In this document: positions 39,740 to 56,034 of the stretch, piece by piece | Layout of the letters: the number at the start of each line of letters is the position of its first letter | Position numbering within the stretch: the stretch's first letter is position 1 | Assembly: GCA_964016885.1 (NCBI GenBank) | Contig: OZ024742.1 | Span: 29,946,001 to 30,010,000 of the forward strand | Length of the DNA stretch: 64,000 bases | Source of the DNA: Eledone cirrhosa | Taxonomy: Eukaryota | Direction: 5' to 3' | The notes under the pieces: generated by a model | Told to the model about the DNA's origin: nothing | The model's database searches: none | The model's input: the letters and a program-made list of their open reading frames with translations, nothing else | Translations under genes and position numbers: made by a program

Positions 39740-41728
39740 TTACCTTACTTCTCGTAGGGGAAGGACGGCTTTTCCATCCTTTTCACTGCTTGTGGCCTCC
39801 TCAGGAAGGATGTCCTTATAAATCCTCCTGGAGAGTGCTTGTCGGAAGTCTCCGATGTCTTTGGGGAATTTTTGTTTTAGTGTCATGTACGTTTTCTGTG
39901 TGATGCGAGTGATTTGTATGTGTGGAGGTGGTGTGAATTTTGGGGTTGTTGTGTAGTCTTTTTCTGTGATGCTGGTGTTGTGTTGGATGTAGTGTAATAA
40001 TTGCTTGTTGTTCAAATTTAATGCTGTGTAGTGTGTATCGTTTTGGTTGTTTTGTTTTGTTTGCGTTTGTTGTGGGTTTGTTTCTGTTTCGTATTTTGGT
40101 GACTTTTGTGGTGTAGGTGATGGTGGTGCTGGGGATAATGATGGTGATGGTGTTGGTGTTTGGGTTGATGGGGTTGGTGATGCTGGTGTGGATGGTGGCA
40201 TATCTGTCCTAACTTTTTTGTTTCTTAGTTTATTTGTTTCCCTCTGTATTTTGTTTTTGGAGGGGGAAGGAAGAGAATTTTTTCTTTTTTGGTTTCTTTT
40301 TTTTTTTTTTCCGGATATCGTTTCCCACTCCTCGTCGTCACAATCTGTCTCCAGTTGTGATAGGCCGGGGAGTGGAAAATCCTCCACAGCCGTTAGTTTT
40401 GGTTGTGGTGTGGTGGATGGTGTAGGCGCTGGTGCTAGTTCTGAAGCGTTGGGTGGTGGTGGTGTTGGTTTTGCTGGTGGTGGTAGTGGTGTTGGTTTTG
40501 CTACTGTTGCTGGGGTTGTTGCTGTTATAGTTGCTTCTGTTGTTGCTGCTACAGTTGTTGCTGGCATCTCTGCTACTGGTGGTGTTGATGGTTGTGTCAC
40601 TGGGGTGGGTAGGAGAGGTGGCCTCAACCTTTTAGCCTGAGGGCAGAAAGCCCTTAGGTGGGTTCCTTCACCACAAACGACACACCTAGGTCTTCTGCCC
40701 TCGACAATTACCGTGAGGTGGCTGCCGTCAGTGAGGTCTATTACCTCTGGGATCTCCTCAATGCTTTTTTGGTCCGCTTGGATCAGGAGCTCCATCCCAG
40801 ATCCGGACCAGTTTTCCTGCTTTTCTTTTGCTATTGTTATTATTTTCATGTTGGCCTCGATGCCGGCGATGACAGCCGCTATTAGCCAGGGAATTTCGAT
40901 GGCCGGTGGAACGTGGGTCACCCTGATCTTTACGAGTCTCTGGCCACAATAGCTTGGGACGAGTGTGAAGTCGTCACTTTTTAATGGGGCCATGGAGTGT
41001 TCTCTAGCCTCCTCTGGTGTTTCAAAGAACACATCCACGGTTCCATACTTTTGCCCACGTCTGATGTGGGTTTTTCTTGCCCACACATGTCCCAAAGCTT
41101 TTTGGATTTGGGACTCGGATGCCCGTTCCACTCGGCGCGATTTTACATTTATTGTTCTATACGACACGGTGCATAGGCGCCGATGCTCCATTTTATTAGG
41201 TGGGGGGGTGAGGCTGACCCTGTACCCATCTTTCTTTACCATTTGTTTGGCATTTTCTAAATCTTCTTGAGTTACCGTGAACGCTTCGAATTGTTTTGCT
41301 ACGATGGCGAAACTGAGGGTCGGTTTTATAATGTCATTGTTGTTGTTGTTGCTATCGTTAATATTAATTTTATTTTCAGTTGTGGTGGTGGTGACGTTAG
41401 TCGTCTTTGGTGGGGAAGAGTCCATTTTACTTGATTTCATTTCGACGTCACGAGTTAATTTATTTTTTTCTTCTTTTGTTTCTGTTGTCGCGGTGGTGGT
41501 GGTGGTGGTGGTTGTCGCGGTGGTGGTGGTGGTGGAGGGTTTAACACCTGCAGTCATTGGTAATGGCGGGAAATGAATGTCTGCCTGAGACAAATTTAAA
41601 ATATTGCTACTGCTTATATTTTTTTTTGTGTTGGCAAACGTAGTAACATTTACAATGGTGGTGTCGGTGTGAGGTGTTATTTTGTGAGGAAGGCTTTCAG
41701 CTGCTTCGTGCAGAGGGGAATTAGCCAT
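39740..41728 (-). CDS. ORF1 gag-like protein (662 aa, open)
   Basis: Low-complexity N-terminus, putative RRM-like region, knuckle CVVCGEGTHLRAFC, Pro/Thr linker, basic KKKKRNQKRK. Confidence 0.88.
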   Translation of the reverse strand: MANSPLHEAAESLPHKITPHTDTTIVNVTTFANTKKNISSSNILNLSQADIHFPPLPMTAGVKPSTTTTTATTTTTTTTATTETKEEKNKLTRDVEMKSSKMDSSPPKTTNVTTTTTENKININDSNNNNNDIIKPTLSFAIVAKQFEAFTVTQEDLENAKQMVKKDGYRVSLTPPPNKMEHRRLCTVSYRTINVKSRRVERASESQIQKALGHVWARKTHIRRGQKYGTVDVFFETPEEAREHSMAPLKSDDFTLVPSYCGQRLVKIRVTHVPPAIEIPWLIAAVIAGIEANMKIITIAKEKQENWSGSGMELLIQADQKSIEEIPEVIDLTDGSHLTVIVEGRRPRCVVCGEGTHLRAFCPQAKRLRPPLLPTPVTQPSTPPVAEMPATTVAATTEATITATTPATVAKPTPLPPPAKPTPPPPNASELAPAPTPSTTPQPKLTAVEDFPLPGLSQLETDCDDEEWETISGKKKKRNQKRKNSLPSPSKNKIQRETNKLRNKKVRTDMPPSTPASPTPSTQTPTPSPSLSPAPPSPTPQKSPKYETETNPQQTQTKQNNQNDTHYTALNLNNKQLLHYIQHNTSITEKDYTTTPKFTPPPHIQITRITQKTYMTLKQKFPKDIGDFRQALSRRIYKDILPEEATSSEKDGKAVLPLREVR

Positions 41729-41937
41729 TTTTTTTCAAAGAAATTTTTGGATAATAATAAAAGTTAAAATTTTGGGCACAAGGCCCCAATCTTTTTGGGT
41801 GTCCTTTTCGGAAAACAATGTATGTGTGCTTATAAACAGTTTACAATAAAATTTTCCATAAATGGCAATTTTTAAACAAACGGAAATAACAAACCTTTGC
41901 GGAGCTCACGATAATACGATTTCCTACGTAGGTCGCC

Positions 41938-41969
<32 letters not shown>

Positions 41970-42228
41970 TTTCTTTATTAACCACAAGGGTTTACATAAA
42001 GTAGACATTAAGGACAGTGCAGGACAATGCAGGACGGTACAAATGGGCATTTCTGCGTGTAAAAAACAAAAACAGAGGATGTAACAAAAATAACAATGAA
42101 AATAACAATGAAAAATTCCCCAATAGGGGGGAGACTTCGGAGGGACATTTGTGGAGAAAGCCCAGTAAAAAGCCACAATGCCCCTGACCACCAAGGCAAG
42201 TGCCCTCTCCCAGTTTTCCACCTTTAAT

Positions 42229-45200
42229 TTACAGATATATACTCAGAGTAGGCCCATTCACTCGGGCCATTCTTGCTTCTCTCACCCATCTTTCAACAAA
42301 ATGCTGGGAAGAGAGCACTTCCCTCTCTACTCTGATTTTCCTTTTCAAATGAAATTTGAAAAAGTCAATCAGAGCATCACCGAAGAGGTAAGTGCTCGTC
42401 TTCAGCCCTTTCAAACGTGTCCACCATACTATCTCTTTCGCCATGGCCACCAGACAGATAAAAACTGCCTGCCCTTCCCGGCTAAAGGAGGAGGGCGGGT
42501 CAATCATCACGATGGACTCAGATGATAGCCGGATCCGTCCTAAACGCGACAGCAGGTGTTCGACATAAACCCACAAGTCAGCAATTTTCGGACACTGGAC
42601 GACTGCTTGCAGGACGGTTTCGTCGCCCTGCGCGCATCTAGGACATGCCCGGCTGACGGCACCTCCATGCCTGTGAGCGCCTGAAGACATTCCAGTCTCC
42701 AGGTGCTCCCTCTCGGTCTTCGCTTGACCTAGGACTGCAGCTCCGTCAAGGAAATGAGCTGGGGAAATACGTGTCTAGCAAACGGCGACCACACCTGATC
42801 ACCGTCGAGGAAGAGGTGGAGATGTCGTAGCCTGAGCGCGTGCCTGCGCATCATCAGCCACGGCATGCCCAGCCCTCCACGTAGCGGGTGTTGACAACAG
42901 ATGGACCGCCTGACCATCGGAGCGCGTCCCTTCCACAAAAAGCGAAAGAGCAAACGCTCCAGCGCAGTCAGGAGAGGCTTAGGACAAGGTACGACGGTCA
43001 GGCGGTAGCAGATGACGGACGCGATGTACGCGTTAGCCACCTCCGCTCGACCTTTCAGGGATAGCTTCCTCTCCGCCCATTTCTGGGTGAGAGAAGCCAC
43101 CCTGCTCGTCACCTCGTCCCAGTTTTTGTCCGTCTGGGGGTCCGGACCGAACCAGACCCCTAGCAATTTAACCGGTCCGTCCGTCCAGCGTCCGACGACG
43201 CTGTTGGACGGCATGGACCTGCCTCTCCAGGTGCCGAGCTGCAGGCCCACTGACTTTTCCTGGTTGATCATTGCTCCTGTCACCGCTTCGTATTCTCTTA
43301 GTGTAGTGCCGATCGCCTCGATGTGTTTGGCGTTCGACACCACTACGGTGATATCGTCCGCATATGCTGACACGGATCCTCCGCACCCTAGTTCGCGCGG
43401 GACGCCCCTCAACGTCTCCAGTTTGTGCAGTAATGGCTCGAGAGTCAATACGAACAAGAGGGACGAGAGGGGACATCCTTGGCGGACCGAGCGCATGATG
43501 TTGAACGGTTCCGACAGGTGACCGTTCACTCTCACCACAGAGCAGATGTCGCTGTGCATGGCAGCGATCCAGCCTCTGAAGACGGGCCCAAAGCCAGCCG
43601 CCCTCAGGACTGCCGCTAGGTAACGATGGTCGACCCTATCGAAAGCTTTCGACTGATCTAAATTGATCAAGGACCCACCCGTGCCAGGTTCCTTAGCTAC
43701 CCTCTCTACGATGTATCGCATGAGGTGGAGGTTGTCGTGGATGGATCTGTCGGGAATGGCGCATGTCTGCGCCTCTCCCACCAGACCACCAACGACAAGC
43801 GCCAACCTCTTTGCTAGCACCTTGACCAAAATCTTGAACTCTGTGTTTAGCAGAGTTATGGGCCGGAAATTATCTATGTTATCCCCCTTGTTCGGATCCT
43901 TTCTCAGCAGTGCCACCGCTCCTCGGCTCACAGAACTGGGAATTCTCCCGTTCTGTTGCCAGTTGCAGTAGACGTCCGCCAAGAGGCCTCCGAACAAGTC
44001 TGGCATCTGTACGTAAAGTTCATAAGGCAGACCATCCAAACCAGGCGATTTACCCCTTGTGCAGCCAGTCATTGACTCCCTTACTTCAGCGGCTGTTAGC
44101 GGCTTTTCGCAACACCTCGCCTCAGTGGCCGAAAGCCGCGGCAGTCTGTCGAGGTAGACACTAAAGTCCATCCCTCGACCCGGCCCACCGCTGCTCCCGA
44201 ACAGCTAAGCGAAGTGTCGCTGAAAAGCTTCACACATTTGCCCGGGATCGAGTAGCATGCGCCCGTCGTGGTCCACCAAAGACCGGATCGTGGCTTCGTT
44301 GCCACGACGGGCCTCCGCCACTCGGGCCCATTGAACGGCTTTCGTCCCCTCGTGTCTGAGAGCACGCACCCTTGCTCTGACAACGCAGCCTTCGTGCTTT
44401 GCATTGAAGAATTGGTCAAGGGCCAATTTCGCCGCAAGCACGTCGGTCGCAATGCCTTTGCTAAGCGCCTCGTCTAATTTTCTAACTAGTTCTCCCTCTG
44501 CTCTATTTTTCTCTATTGCTAAAGCCTTACTAAACCTAATCGATTCTATTCTAATCGCTCTTTTCAGAGCAAACCACCACTTGTTGTTGACGATGGCCCC
44601 CGTCAACGCCCGCTTAACTAGTTCGCTAATCCGGTTTCTGTAGGCCTTGCGCGCTGGTAAGGACGCGTTTAGCTTCCAGTAGCCGGGTCCTCGTCTATGA
44701 AGCCTATCTAAGTCAAGCACACAGATCACGAATTTGTGGTCCGTGTAGCTGACTATCTTCAATTGTGGACAGCCTATGCTAGACCTATCTATTTCCCTAC
44801 AAAATACTCTATCTAGATATGATCTGGATGACCCTATGCGATTTGTCCAAGTCCACATTGGCACATTCGGGAAATCCAATCGGTACCTGTCAGACAGTTC
44901 AAAACGCCTGAGCAGGTTGGTGAGGCTCTTGCACCCGCCACCCCTATCCGCTAATCCCACACAGTCCCAGCGTGCATCTAAGATCCCGTTCCAGTCGCCC
45001 ACTAACACTAAAGAGCGGGACGTTCCAAGAAAGGTCTCCAGACGCCGGAAGAAATCAGGCCGCCCTGCTCCTGTCGGGGCATAGACGGGCACTAGCCTGA
45101 AAGCTTGCTCGTCTCCGCTGGTCACGTCCAGCACCTCCAACTTACCCTCTGGGTCCAGGAAGATGGCCCGTCTGGCGAGATCCAAACCTCTCCGAAAAAG

Positions 45201-45416
45201 CACAGCAACTCATCCCCCAGATCCAGGACGGCTGGGAGATGCGTACACATCGTAGCCGCCGAAGACCGGTGCGAAGGCCCGTGCTTCGGAGATTCTGGTC
45301 TCGCTGATGGCCACTACATCTATGTTTAGTGACCTGAGGTCGTTGAGCAGGTGACCCTGCTTCCATGACGACCCCAAGCCACGCGCATTTATGCTGCCTA
45401 TTCTGAGTGAGGTCAT
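42229..45416 (-). pseudogene. ORF2 of copy D, with stops, a frameshift and an internal deletion near 42674
   Basis: Pieces 45210-45416, 44205-45203, 42729-44171 and 42229-42690. Confidence 0.88.
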
Positions 45417-45451
45417 GTTTAAAATAGAGTGGAAAAGATGGGAAAGACCAC

Positions 45452-47526
45452 TTACCGTACTTTTCGTAGAGGAGGGATGGTTTTTACATCCCTTTTCACT
45501 TGATCGTCTGGTGAAGGGACCGTTGAATCGTCCCTTCGGCTGGTCGTCGGCTCTTCTATGAGAATGTCTGAATATACTCTTCGATTGATAGTTCCTCCTA
45601 GGTCCCTGAAATCACCAACTGCGTTGGGGAATTTCGTTTTAATGTTTGTGTATTGTTTCTGTGCTATTTTTAGCAGTCTTATGTTAGTTGGCGTTTTGAT
45701 TGGTGCTGGTATTATGTAGTCGTGTTGTGAAATGTCTGTGTGTTCAATTATGTAAGTCATTAGTTTCTTGTTGTGTGTATTTATTGCCGTGCATTTGTTT
45801 TTCTGGGGGTGGGGTGTGGTTCTGCTATTTTCCTGTCATTGTTGCTGGGTGTGTGTGTTTTGTTGTTGTGTTTGCGATGTTGGTGCTTGTGGTGGTGGTG
45901 TTGAAGGTGTTGTTGGCGGTGGGGTTGTCGCCGGTGGTGGTGGTGGTGCTAGTGTAGGTGGTGATGGTGTTGGTGGTGTTGCTGCTGTGGGTCTCTTTGC
46001 AGTAGACTTTACCCTTTTCTCATTTCTTTCCTCCCTTTTCAAAGGCGACGATGCGCTGCTTCTGCGTTTGTGCCTTCTTACGACCTTTTGCCATCCCTCT
46101 CCCACCTCACACTCCATGTCTGATTCTGTGAGGTCGGGGAGGGGTACCAGCTCCACTCTTTCACTTGTTGTTGTTGGTGATGTTTGCACTGGAGTCTCTG
46201 TTGCAGCTGCATTTGGTATTGCTGTTGTTGTTGTTAATATTTCCACTGCTGCTGCTGTTTTTGATTTCCGTGGCGTGTGTATCGGGACCACGGACCTATC
46301 GTTCCTGGTTGCCGCTTGTCCTGTTGCTGGTAGCCGTGGAGCCGGTTTAGGAAGGAGGGGGGTTTTCTCCTTTCTCATGGTCTTCTCGTTGCAGAAGGCC
46401 CTGATGTGAGTCTTTGATCCACAGCGAAAGCATTTCGGGCGTTTGCCCTCAACACTTATTGGCAGTTGAGTGCCGTTATCGAAGTCTATCACATCCGGGA
46501 TAGCTTAGATGCACTCCTGGTTGATTTGGATTAGCATCTCAATGGAGGTGCCGACCCAATCTTCTCTTACTTTTTTCTGTACTTGCAGTACAGTTGTTTT
46601 GTCCTCGATTCCGACGAGGACAGATGCGGCCAGCCAAGAAGGGGCCATCCCGGGGGGGGGGACGTGGGTCAGTTTGACCCTCACAATTCTTTGCCCGCAG
46701 TAGGAGGGCACCAACACCATTTCCTCGCTCCTTAGGGTCACTACGGATTGAGCCTTTGCCTCCTGGGGTGTGGCAAAAAGTACGTCTACGGTGGCATATT
46801 TTTTGCCTCGTGTGATGTGCGTTTTCCGCTGCCACACAGACCCCAAGGCTTTTTGTATTTGAGCCTCTGTGGCTCTTTCAACCCTACGGGATTTTGTACT
46901 TACTGTACGGTACGTGACCGTACAGTGCTGTTGGGTTTCGAAATATTTTCCGCTACCTTGCAGATTGCTCGGTGTCCAGTCTTTGTCACCATCTTCTTCG
47001 CTTCCTCTAATTCCTCATTTGTTATGAGGATTGTTTCCAGGTTTTTCGCAATACCTGCAAATGAGATTGGTTTTTCTTTGCTGCTGTTGTTGTTGTCGTC
47101 AGAGCTGCTGTTACTTTTGTTGTTGCTGCAGGTACTACGACTACTGCCTCCGCCGCTGTTGCTGTGGTTGTTGTTGGTGTTGCTGCTGCTAATGTTGTTG
47201 TTGTTTATGCTGCTGGTGATGCTGTTGCGGCTGCTACTTTTGTTTTCATTGTCACTGTTGCTGTTGTTATTACGGCTGCTACTGCTATTATTCTTGACGT
47301 CAGACGAATGAAATGGGTTTTCGTATTTCCCGCACACCTGTTTCGTCGTTGTCGTCGTCGTCGTGGAGAAATCTTGCACGCTTTGCACGAGACTTTTCTT
47401 TTTTGTCGTCGCTTGCGAAAGAGAAGGGAGGGAGAGAGACAATCTTCTCTCTGCTGTAGTGATGATTGAGGAAGAAGAAGACGGAATGAGTGGGAGTGAC
47501 CTATGAAAATTCTTTTTCGTAGCCAT
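45452..47526 (-). pseudogene. ORF1 of copy D (disrupted), divergent paralogue of copy C ORF1
   Basis: Pieces 46900-47526, 46505-46846, 45836-46492 and 45452-45760; knuckle CFRCGSKTHIRAFC. Confidence 0.82.
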
Positions 47527-47739
47527 GTTTTTTTTGTTTAAAATAAATATTGGGCACAAAACCCCAATAAGCAGTTATTTAACCCCGAAGGGCCAAATAA
47601 CGGGCAGAAAGACCCCTCTCACGAGGAGGAGGGTGTTTTTGTCTACAAGTTCGTTAAAGTTTTAAACAATTTACAATTGTTATAGCGTTCAAAATTTACA
47701 ATACCTTACAGAGCCGAGCCTCCGTCAACCATAGCATTC

Positions 47740-47788
<49 letters not shown>

Positions 47789-47797
47789 TTAATAATG

Positions 47798-50700
47798 ACG
47801 ATTTCATTTATTAGCCACAAGGGCCGACATGTAGGAGACAATACAAAGACAGGGACAGTGGGGGTTTACAATAAGGTCGAGTAAAAGTGCACAATGGCAA
47901 GACTAATTTAACAATGAAGATATAAACATATAAAATAAACTATGCATAAATATACCAAAATAAATTCCCCGATAGGGGGTGGACGACCCTGGGGTGACTC
48001 GGGTACCCCACCAATCTTGAACCACCCTGCACTTCTAGGGCACCCAGGGAGAGCACCCCTCTCCTCAAGTTAGCTAGCCTATAGGCGCATGGTCAGAGTA
48101 GGCCCATTCACACGAGCCATTCTCGCCACATTCACCCAACTTTTAGCAAATGTACTGGGGGAAGCACTTCTCTCTCCACCCTCACCTTCCTTTCCAGGTG
48201 AAACTTGAAGAAGTTGATGCGGGATTGGCCGAAGAGAAAAGTGTCTGTCTTCAGTCCTTTTAACCTGGTCCACCATATAACCTCTTTCGCAACTGCCACC
48301 AGACAGAAAAATTTCCTGCTCTTCCTGACCTAAGGAAGGCGGTGGGTCAATCTTCACTATGGACTCGGCCGATAGCCGGATTCGTTCCACACGCGACAGT
48401 AGCTGTTCGACATAACTCCACAAGTCAGTAATGCACGGACATTGGACAAGTGCGTGCGGAACGGTTTCGTCATTCTGTGCGCATCTTGGGCAGGTCCGTC
48501 TGACAGCACTTCCGTGCCTGTAGAGTTTATCCCGAACCGGCAGAGCCCCCCGGTAGCACTGCCAAGCGAGGGATTTCTGGAAAGTGTCCATCGTCCCCGG
48601 CTCAAAAGTCCTCCGGTACAAACTGGTCAGTTCGACTTCGTCGAGACCCAAAGCTTCTCCGAGTGCGTCATCGCACTTGCCCACCACTAATCCTCTATAG
48701 ATCTCGAGAGTGGAAGTTCCACTGATAGCATTGCCCGCTTGGTAGAGGGCAGTGAGTGACTGGCAACATTCCAGGTGCCAGTCACCCAGTCTCGGTCTCT
48801 TCTTGACCCAGGACTGCAGCTCAGTCAAATAAATGAGCTGCGGAAAGGCCCGTCTGATAAACGGCGACCACACCTGTTCACCGTTGAGGCAGAATATCTG
48901 GAGATGTCGCAGCCTCAACGCATGTCTGCGCATCATTAGCCACGGCATGCCCAGCCCTCCGCGTAGAGGCTGCTGGCAGCAGATGGACCGCCTCACCAAC
49001 GGAACTTGTCCCCTCCACAAGAATTTGAAGAGGAGCCGTTCCAACTTGACGAGGCGAGGACCGAGGCATGGCACGACGGCCAGGCGGTAGTAGATGACGG
49101 ACGCGATGTACGCATTCACCACCTCCGCGCAACCTTTCAGTGATAGCTTCCTCCCAGCCCATTTTTGGGTGAGACTGGCTACTCTGCTCGTTACGTCGTC
49201 CCAATTCTTTTCCACCTGGAGGTCTGGTCCGAACCAAACCCCGAGCAACTTTACCGGTCCGTCCTTCCAGTGCCCCACGACGCTGTTGGACGGCATAGGC
49301 TTGCCTCTCCAGGTTCCGAGCTGCAAGCCCACCGACTTTTCCGGGTTAAGTTTGGCTCCTGTCAACCTTTCATATTCCTTCAATAAGGTGCCGACCACCT
49401 CGATTTCATCACGGTGATGTCCGCATAAGCCGACACCGTCCTTCAACGTCCCGGTTCGAGTGGGAAGCCCTGCAACAGCTCCAGCTTCCGCAGTAAAGGC
49501 TCGAGAGTCAATACGTACAGAAGGGAAGAGAGAGGGAACCCTTGACGGACCGATCGGGAGAGCCGAAATGGTTCCGAGAGGTGGCCATTAACCTTGACCA
49601 CCGAGTGTGTGCCGCTGTGCATTGCAGCGATCCAGCTTCTGAAGACAGAGCCGAAGCCAGCTGCTTTGAGGACAAACTCCAGATACTGATGGTCGACCCT
49701 ATCGAATGCTTTCGATTGATCTAAATTGATCAGTGCCCCATCGAAGCAAGGTTTACACCCTACCCTCTCTATTATGTATCGCATGAGGTGGAGATTGTCG
49801 TGGTTGGGATTGCACAAGTTTGCGCCTCCCCAACAAAATCCTCGACGACAAGCGCCAATCTCTTTGCTAACATCTTGGCCAAAATCTTAAACTCTGTGTT
49901 GAACAGAGTTATGGGCCTGAAGTTGTCTAATGTATCCCTCTTGTTCTCGTCTTTCCTTATCAGCGTCACCACTCCCCTGCTCACAGAACTGGGAATACTC
50001 CCATTCTGCTGCCAGTTGCAGTAGAGTGCTTCGAGGAGATCGGAGAACATGTCTGGAATATTTACGTAAAGCTCGTAGGGCAGGCCATCCAAACCGGATG
50101 ACTTGCGCCTCATGCAGCCGACAAGGGCGTCCTGAATTTCGACTGAAGTAATCGGCCTTTCGCAGCGCTCAGCGTCGACCGTCGAGATGCGCGACAAGCC
50201 CTCAAGGTAGGGACTGAAATCCGCTACTCTCTCTTACTCGCCACTCTCCCCGAACAACCGAGCAAAGTGCTGGCGAAAGGCCTCACACATCCGCTTGGAA
50301 TCGCTTATCTCGTGTCCGTCTCGGTTCGCCAAAGACCGAATCGTGGTTTTATTACCACGCTGCACCTCCACCACGCGGGCCCATCGAACAGCTTTAGTTC
50401 CCTCGTTTCTCAGCACACGCGCCTTAGCTCTGACAATGCAACCTTCGTGTTTGGCATTGAAGAAATGGTCTAATGCCATTCTCGCCGCTAGCACGTCAGT
50501 TGCGATGCCACTACAAATAGCCTCGTCTAACTTATCTACCAGCTCCCCCTCCTTTCTATTTTTCTCTAACGCTAGTTCTTTGCTGAACTCTATTGAAGTT
50601 ACTCTAATCTATCTTTTGAGAGGCCCCCACCATCTGTTGTTGATGATCCCCCATGTCAACTTTTGCTTAACTAAATTGTTGACTCGGTCCCTGTAAGCCT

Positions 50701-50888
50701 TACGTGCCGGAAATGACATGTTCAACTTCCAGTAACCCGGTCCTAACCTACGCGTTTTATCTAGGTCGACCATACAGATCACAAATTTGTGATCTGAATA
50801 GGCGACCGTTTTAAAAAGTGGTCAGCCCACACTATTTCTATCTATTTTCCTAATGAACATCCTGTCTATATACGATCTAGATGGCCCC
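47798..50888 (-). mobile_element. 5'-truncated Tx1-like copy E (third family), decayed ORF2 48079-50888
   Basis: RT and zinc-finger fragments homologous to B, C and D; own 3'UTR ending CCCTTGTGGCTAATAAATGAAA; truncated inside the endonuclease and joined to (TAA)n at 50889. Confidence 0.88.
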
Positions 50889-50914
50889 AATAATAATAAT
50901 GATAAGAAGGGCGC

Positions 50915-51116
50915 TCTGGATTGGCAGTATCGGTAGAGAGTCGGACGCCATGCTTTGCAGAATAGAGTTATTACGGCCTTTTATGGTCTGAGTTCAAATC
51001 CCACCGTAAGGTTGAAAAGAAAAACTAACTTCGGCAGGATTTGAACTCAGAACATAAAGGAATGTAACTTCATGCTGCGATGCATGTTTCTCGACACTCT
51101 ACCGATTCTGCTGCCA
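50915..51116. mobile_element. Two SINE head fragments in convergent orientation
   Basis: 50915-51006 (+) has A- and B-boxes; 51028-51116 (-) is a related head. Confidence 0.65.
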
Positions 51117-51529
51117 ATTAGTACCTTTGTGTCATTCGATATTCTATTATATTTTTCAACTATTTAAATGTTTGATAATACAGTTTCTACTTAGATTTTT
51201 CTCAATGTTCTCAGTGGAACCTTCATTGTCTGTGACTCGCTGGAAACTGCCTTATCCTGTATTTAGAAAATGAAAATAAAATTCAATTATCTTATCAATA
51301 TATCTTGGTTTTGCAGAAATCATCTCCACTGTTGTGTGATATAGTATTTTTAATCTATTTATCAAAATGGAAAACTGTCTTCGGATAAATCAGATACTAG
51401 CTGTATTAATCGATTTCAACTCGAAAAGGAATACTTGATCTCTCACTTTCGTTCTTTCTATCTATCTCTCTTTCTACCTATATCTCTATCTATCGCTCCA
51501 ACTCTATATATCAATCTATCGCTGCTCTT

Positions 51530-55473
<3,944 letters not shown>

Positions 55474-56034
55474 TTTCGTTTCTGAATTTGTTTAGCAAGA
55501 TTCTTTATCTGAAATCGTGTGTTGAAACCGATATTGTTATACTTTGGGAGGGTCATGTTGCCAATAAGAAACACACGCACCAGTTGCTTTCACTTCAATT
55601 TATTATATATTTATAAATTTATAAATTTACAAATCTACAAACTTATAAATTTCTGGTTGGTTGGTTGGTTCCACAACCAGATAGTTGTTTATATATAGTC
55701 ATAGTCCTTTCGTCACACACTCTGTGACCTCTTCAGTGACTGGGGATTCCTTTCTGTGTGTGTCACACACAGAAACAAAATGGCGTAGGACAGAAGAAAG
55801 GAAAGGCACAGAAACAAAGAAAGGAATCCCCAGTCACTGAAGAGGTCACAGAGTGTGTGACGAAAGGACTATGACTATATATAAACAACTATCTGGTTGT
55901 GGAACCAACCAACCAACCAGAAATTTATAAGTTTGTAGATTTGTAAATTTATAAATTTATAAATATATAATAAATTGAAGTGAAAGCAACTGGTGCGTGT
56001 GTTTCTTATTGGCAACATGACCCTCCCAAAGTAT

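Larger units (their letters stand above)
35975..41937 (-). mobile_element. Full-length Tx1-like retrotransposon copy C in (TAA)n
   Basis: 5'UTR 41729-41937, intact ORF1, disrupted ORF2, 3' end CCCTTGTGGTTAATAAAGAAA+(ATT)n. Confidence 0.93.
41969..47738 (-). mobile_element. Full-length Tx1-like retrotransposon copy D in (TAA)n
   Basis: Bounded by (TAA)n at 41938-41968 and 47739-47797; ORF2 and 3'UTR near-identical to copy C. Confidence 0.92.
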
